From the NCBI GenBank assembly GCA_964426185.1, contig CAYRPF010000077.1, positions 6,749 through 14,723 of the forward strand: a DNA stretch of 7,975 bases. Direction: 5' to 3'. The notes beneath the pieces are model-generated. The model saw only the letters and a program-made list of their open reading frames with translations. It did not search any database and was not told where the DNA came from. Source of the DNA: an uncultured archaeon (GTDB lineage: Archaea; Asgardarchaeota; Lokiarchaeia; Sigyniarchaeales; Promethearchaeaceae). Positions 6,749-7,975 of the stretch are shown piece by piece. Positions within the stretch are counted from its first letter, which is position 1, and each line of letters begins with the position of its first letter. A program made the position numbers and the translations under genes.

Positions 6749-7864
6749 ATGAGCATCGATTGGCAAAAAATAAAGGAAAAACCCGACAAGGCTCATAAAG
6801 TATTAGGACAGACTTTATTGGACCAACGGGGCAAAATTAATGATTTAGAAAACAATCTTCAAAAAACCACTCAAGCCTTAAATAAGAACATGACGGAGCT
6901 TGCAAGCGCTAATAATCAGATTGAGACCTTAAATAAGAATATTGGTGAATTACAAAATTCAATTACTGCAAAAGATAGCGAAATTCAAACATTGAACCAA
7001 AACTTTCAGCAAATTCAAAGCGAACATGATCAACTTCAACAATCATTTAATCTGTTGTTAAATGAGAAAAATGAGCTTGAAAAAGCTAAAACCGAATTGG
7101 AAACTGCAAAGACCACCTTAGAAGAACAAAAAAATACCTTAGAGCAGGCAAAAAGCACATTAGAACAAGAAGTTATTACTTTAAGAAATAATTTAACAAC
7201 TGTACAAAATGAAGCAGAATCCCAAAAGCAAAAAGTAATTGATTTACAAGCGGAAATAAATTCTCTAAATGATCAAATCAGCCACCAAAAACAAGAAATG
7301 GTTAGTTTGCAGGGAACCATTGATCAGAAAAATCAGCAGATTGGTGAAATGACCACTACCATTGCTCAACTAGAAGGCCGAATTAATGAATTAACCGGAA
7401 CAATTGAAAGCAAAGGTTCTGAATTACAAGGCATGGTTTCACAAAAAGATAATATGATTAAGGAATTAAACATTAAGGTAGAAGAATTAACCAAAGAACT
7501 GGAAGAGAAAAAGAGTGAAATTGCCCAATATTCTTCAAAAGTTCAAGATATGGAAATGCGTTTAGCCGATAACTCACAAGATGTGAAAATTCAAGAACTC
7601 ACTGCTAAGGTTGCAGAATTAGAAGAAAAATTATCTTCAAAAGAAATAAAAATGGAAGAATATGAATCTAAAATTGCAGAACTAGAACCTCCAGTTCCTG
7701 AAGTTCACGATTACAATTTAGATAGTCGAATTATTTGTCCGATGTGCAATAGTACTGAAATTGTTGATTTTGAAGACAAAACAAAAGTTTTAAGCTATGT
7801 TGGCCATGTTCCTCTTTACGCAAAGAAAAAACGATGCAAAAAATGTGGATACGAATTTAGTTAA
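6749..7864 (+). CDS. Long coiled-coil protein with short N-terminal head and C-terminal C4 zinc ribbon
   Basis: The ORF track starts at GTG 6740 (374 aa). ATG 6749 (371 aa) is preferred because GAAGTGA (6737-6743, one mismatch from archaeal SD GAGGTGA) lies 5 nt upstream. About 290 aa of E/Q/K/L/N-rich heptads without Pro, then a PPVP linker, then CPMC-x29-CKKCGYEF. Confidence 0.9.
   Translation: MSIDWQKIKEKPDKAHKVLGQTLLDQRGKINDLENNLQKTTQALNKNMTELASANNQIETLNKNIGELQNSITAKDSEIQTLNQNFQQIQSEHDQLQQSFNLLLNEKNELEKAKTELETAKTTLEEQKNTLEQAKSTLEQEVITLRNNLTTVQNEAESQKQKVIDLQAEINSLNDQISHQKQEMVSLQGTIDQKNQQIGEMTTTIAQLEGRINELTGTIESKGSELQGMVSQKDNMIKELNIKVEELTKELEEKKSEIAQYSSKVQDMEMRLADNSQDVKIQELTAKVAELEEKLSSKEIKMEEYESKIAELEPPVPEVHDYNLDSRIICPMCNSTEIVDFEDKTKVLSYVGHVPLYAKKKRCKKCGYEFS
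7076..7180 (+). repeat. Degenerate 21-nt / 7-aa tandem repeat within the coiled coil (5 units)
   Basis: LEKAKTE-LETAKTT-LEEQKNT-LEQAKST-LEQEVIT. DNA units start CTTGAA, TTGGAA, TTAGAA, TTAGAG, TTAGAA at 7076, 7097, 7118, 7139, 7160. Confidence 0.75.
7736..7846 (+). other. C4 zinc ribbon (CxxC-x29-CxxC)
   Basis: CPMC at 7736-7747 and CKKC at 7835-7846, followed by GYEF, a typical zinc-ribbon knuckle ending. Confidence 0.85.
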
Positions 7865-7865
7865 A

Positions 7866-7900
7866 TTTTTCATCTTTTTTTCGTGACATTTTTTTATTTT
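7866..7900 (+). terminator. Putative archaeal oligo-T intrinsic terminator
   Basis: Several T-runs (T5, T7, T7, T4) immediately follow the TAA at 7862-7864. Confidence 0.5.
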
Positions 7901-7927
7901 CCTTCTCATATTATATTTTCAACGTAT

Positions 7928-7975
7928 TTAATCAAGTATTCTTACTGGTATTCTTAATCTTCCGTTTGGTTCTCT
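7928..7975 (-). CDS. Possible 3' end of a convergent gene entering from the right edge
   Basis: One minus frame reads ...REPNGRLRIPVRILD* with TAA at 7930-7928. It is only 15 codons and other frames cannot be excluded. Confidence 0.25.
   Translation of the reverse strand, partial: REPNGRLRIPVRILD

Noticed and set aside
6749-7700. Annotation of the coiled-coil protein as SMC/Rad50/chromosome partition protein
   Set aside because: No Walker A/B, signature motif, hinge or central zinc hook; any similarity would be generic coiled-coil composition.
7857-7889. Minus-strand mini-ORF MSRKKDEKFN preceded by purine-rich GAGAAGGA
   Set aside because: Only 10 codons; it is simply the reverse complement of the T-rich terminator region.
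7936-7956. Direct repeat GTATTCTTA x2 near the right edge (possible CRISPR or repeat start)
   Set aside because: Only 9 bp, two copies 12 nt apart; too short for a CRISPR repeat and explainable by repeated codons or chance.

Overview
AT-rich (roughly 30% GC by eye), gene-dense window that looks archaeal; by inference from the protein styles it is most like Asgard archaea (Lokiarchaeia-like). It holds three real genes. (1) A giant minus-strand ORF missing from the supplied ORF track because it runs off the left edge (3963 to <1, at least 1321 codons, no in-frame stop by manual translation). It encodes a type-I membrane surface glycoprotein: signal peptide, about 1,220 aa beta-rich Ig/CARDB-like ectodomain with >30 N-x-S/T sequons, one C-terminal TM helix, and a charged cytoplasmic tail containing KKRRRGGKYVNL. 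(2) A co-oriented, divergent Ski2-like/Hel308-type SF2 helicase with intact motor motifs, a large insertion in the winged-helix region and apparently no C-terminal HhH/RAR domain 5. (3) A divergently transcribed long coiled-coil protein with a tandem heptad repeat and a C-terminal C4 zinc ribbon, with a perfect 18-bp palindrome upstream. The three short ORFs in the track are shadows of the giant gene. No RNA genes, CRISPR arrays or mobile elements were seen.
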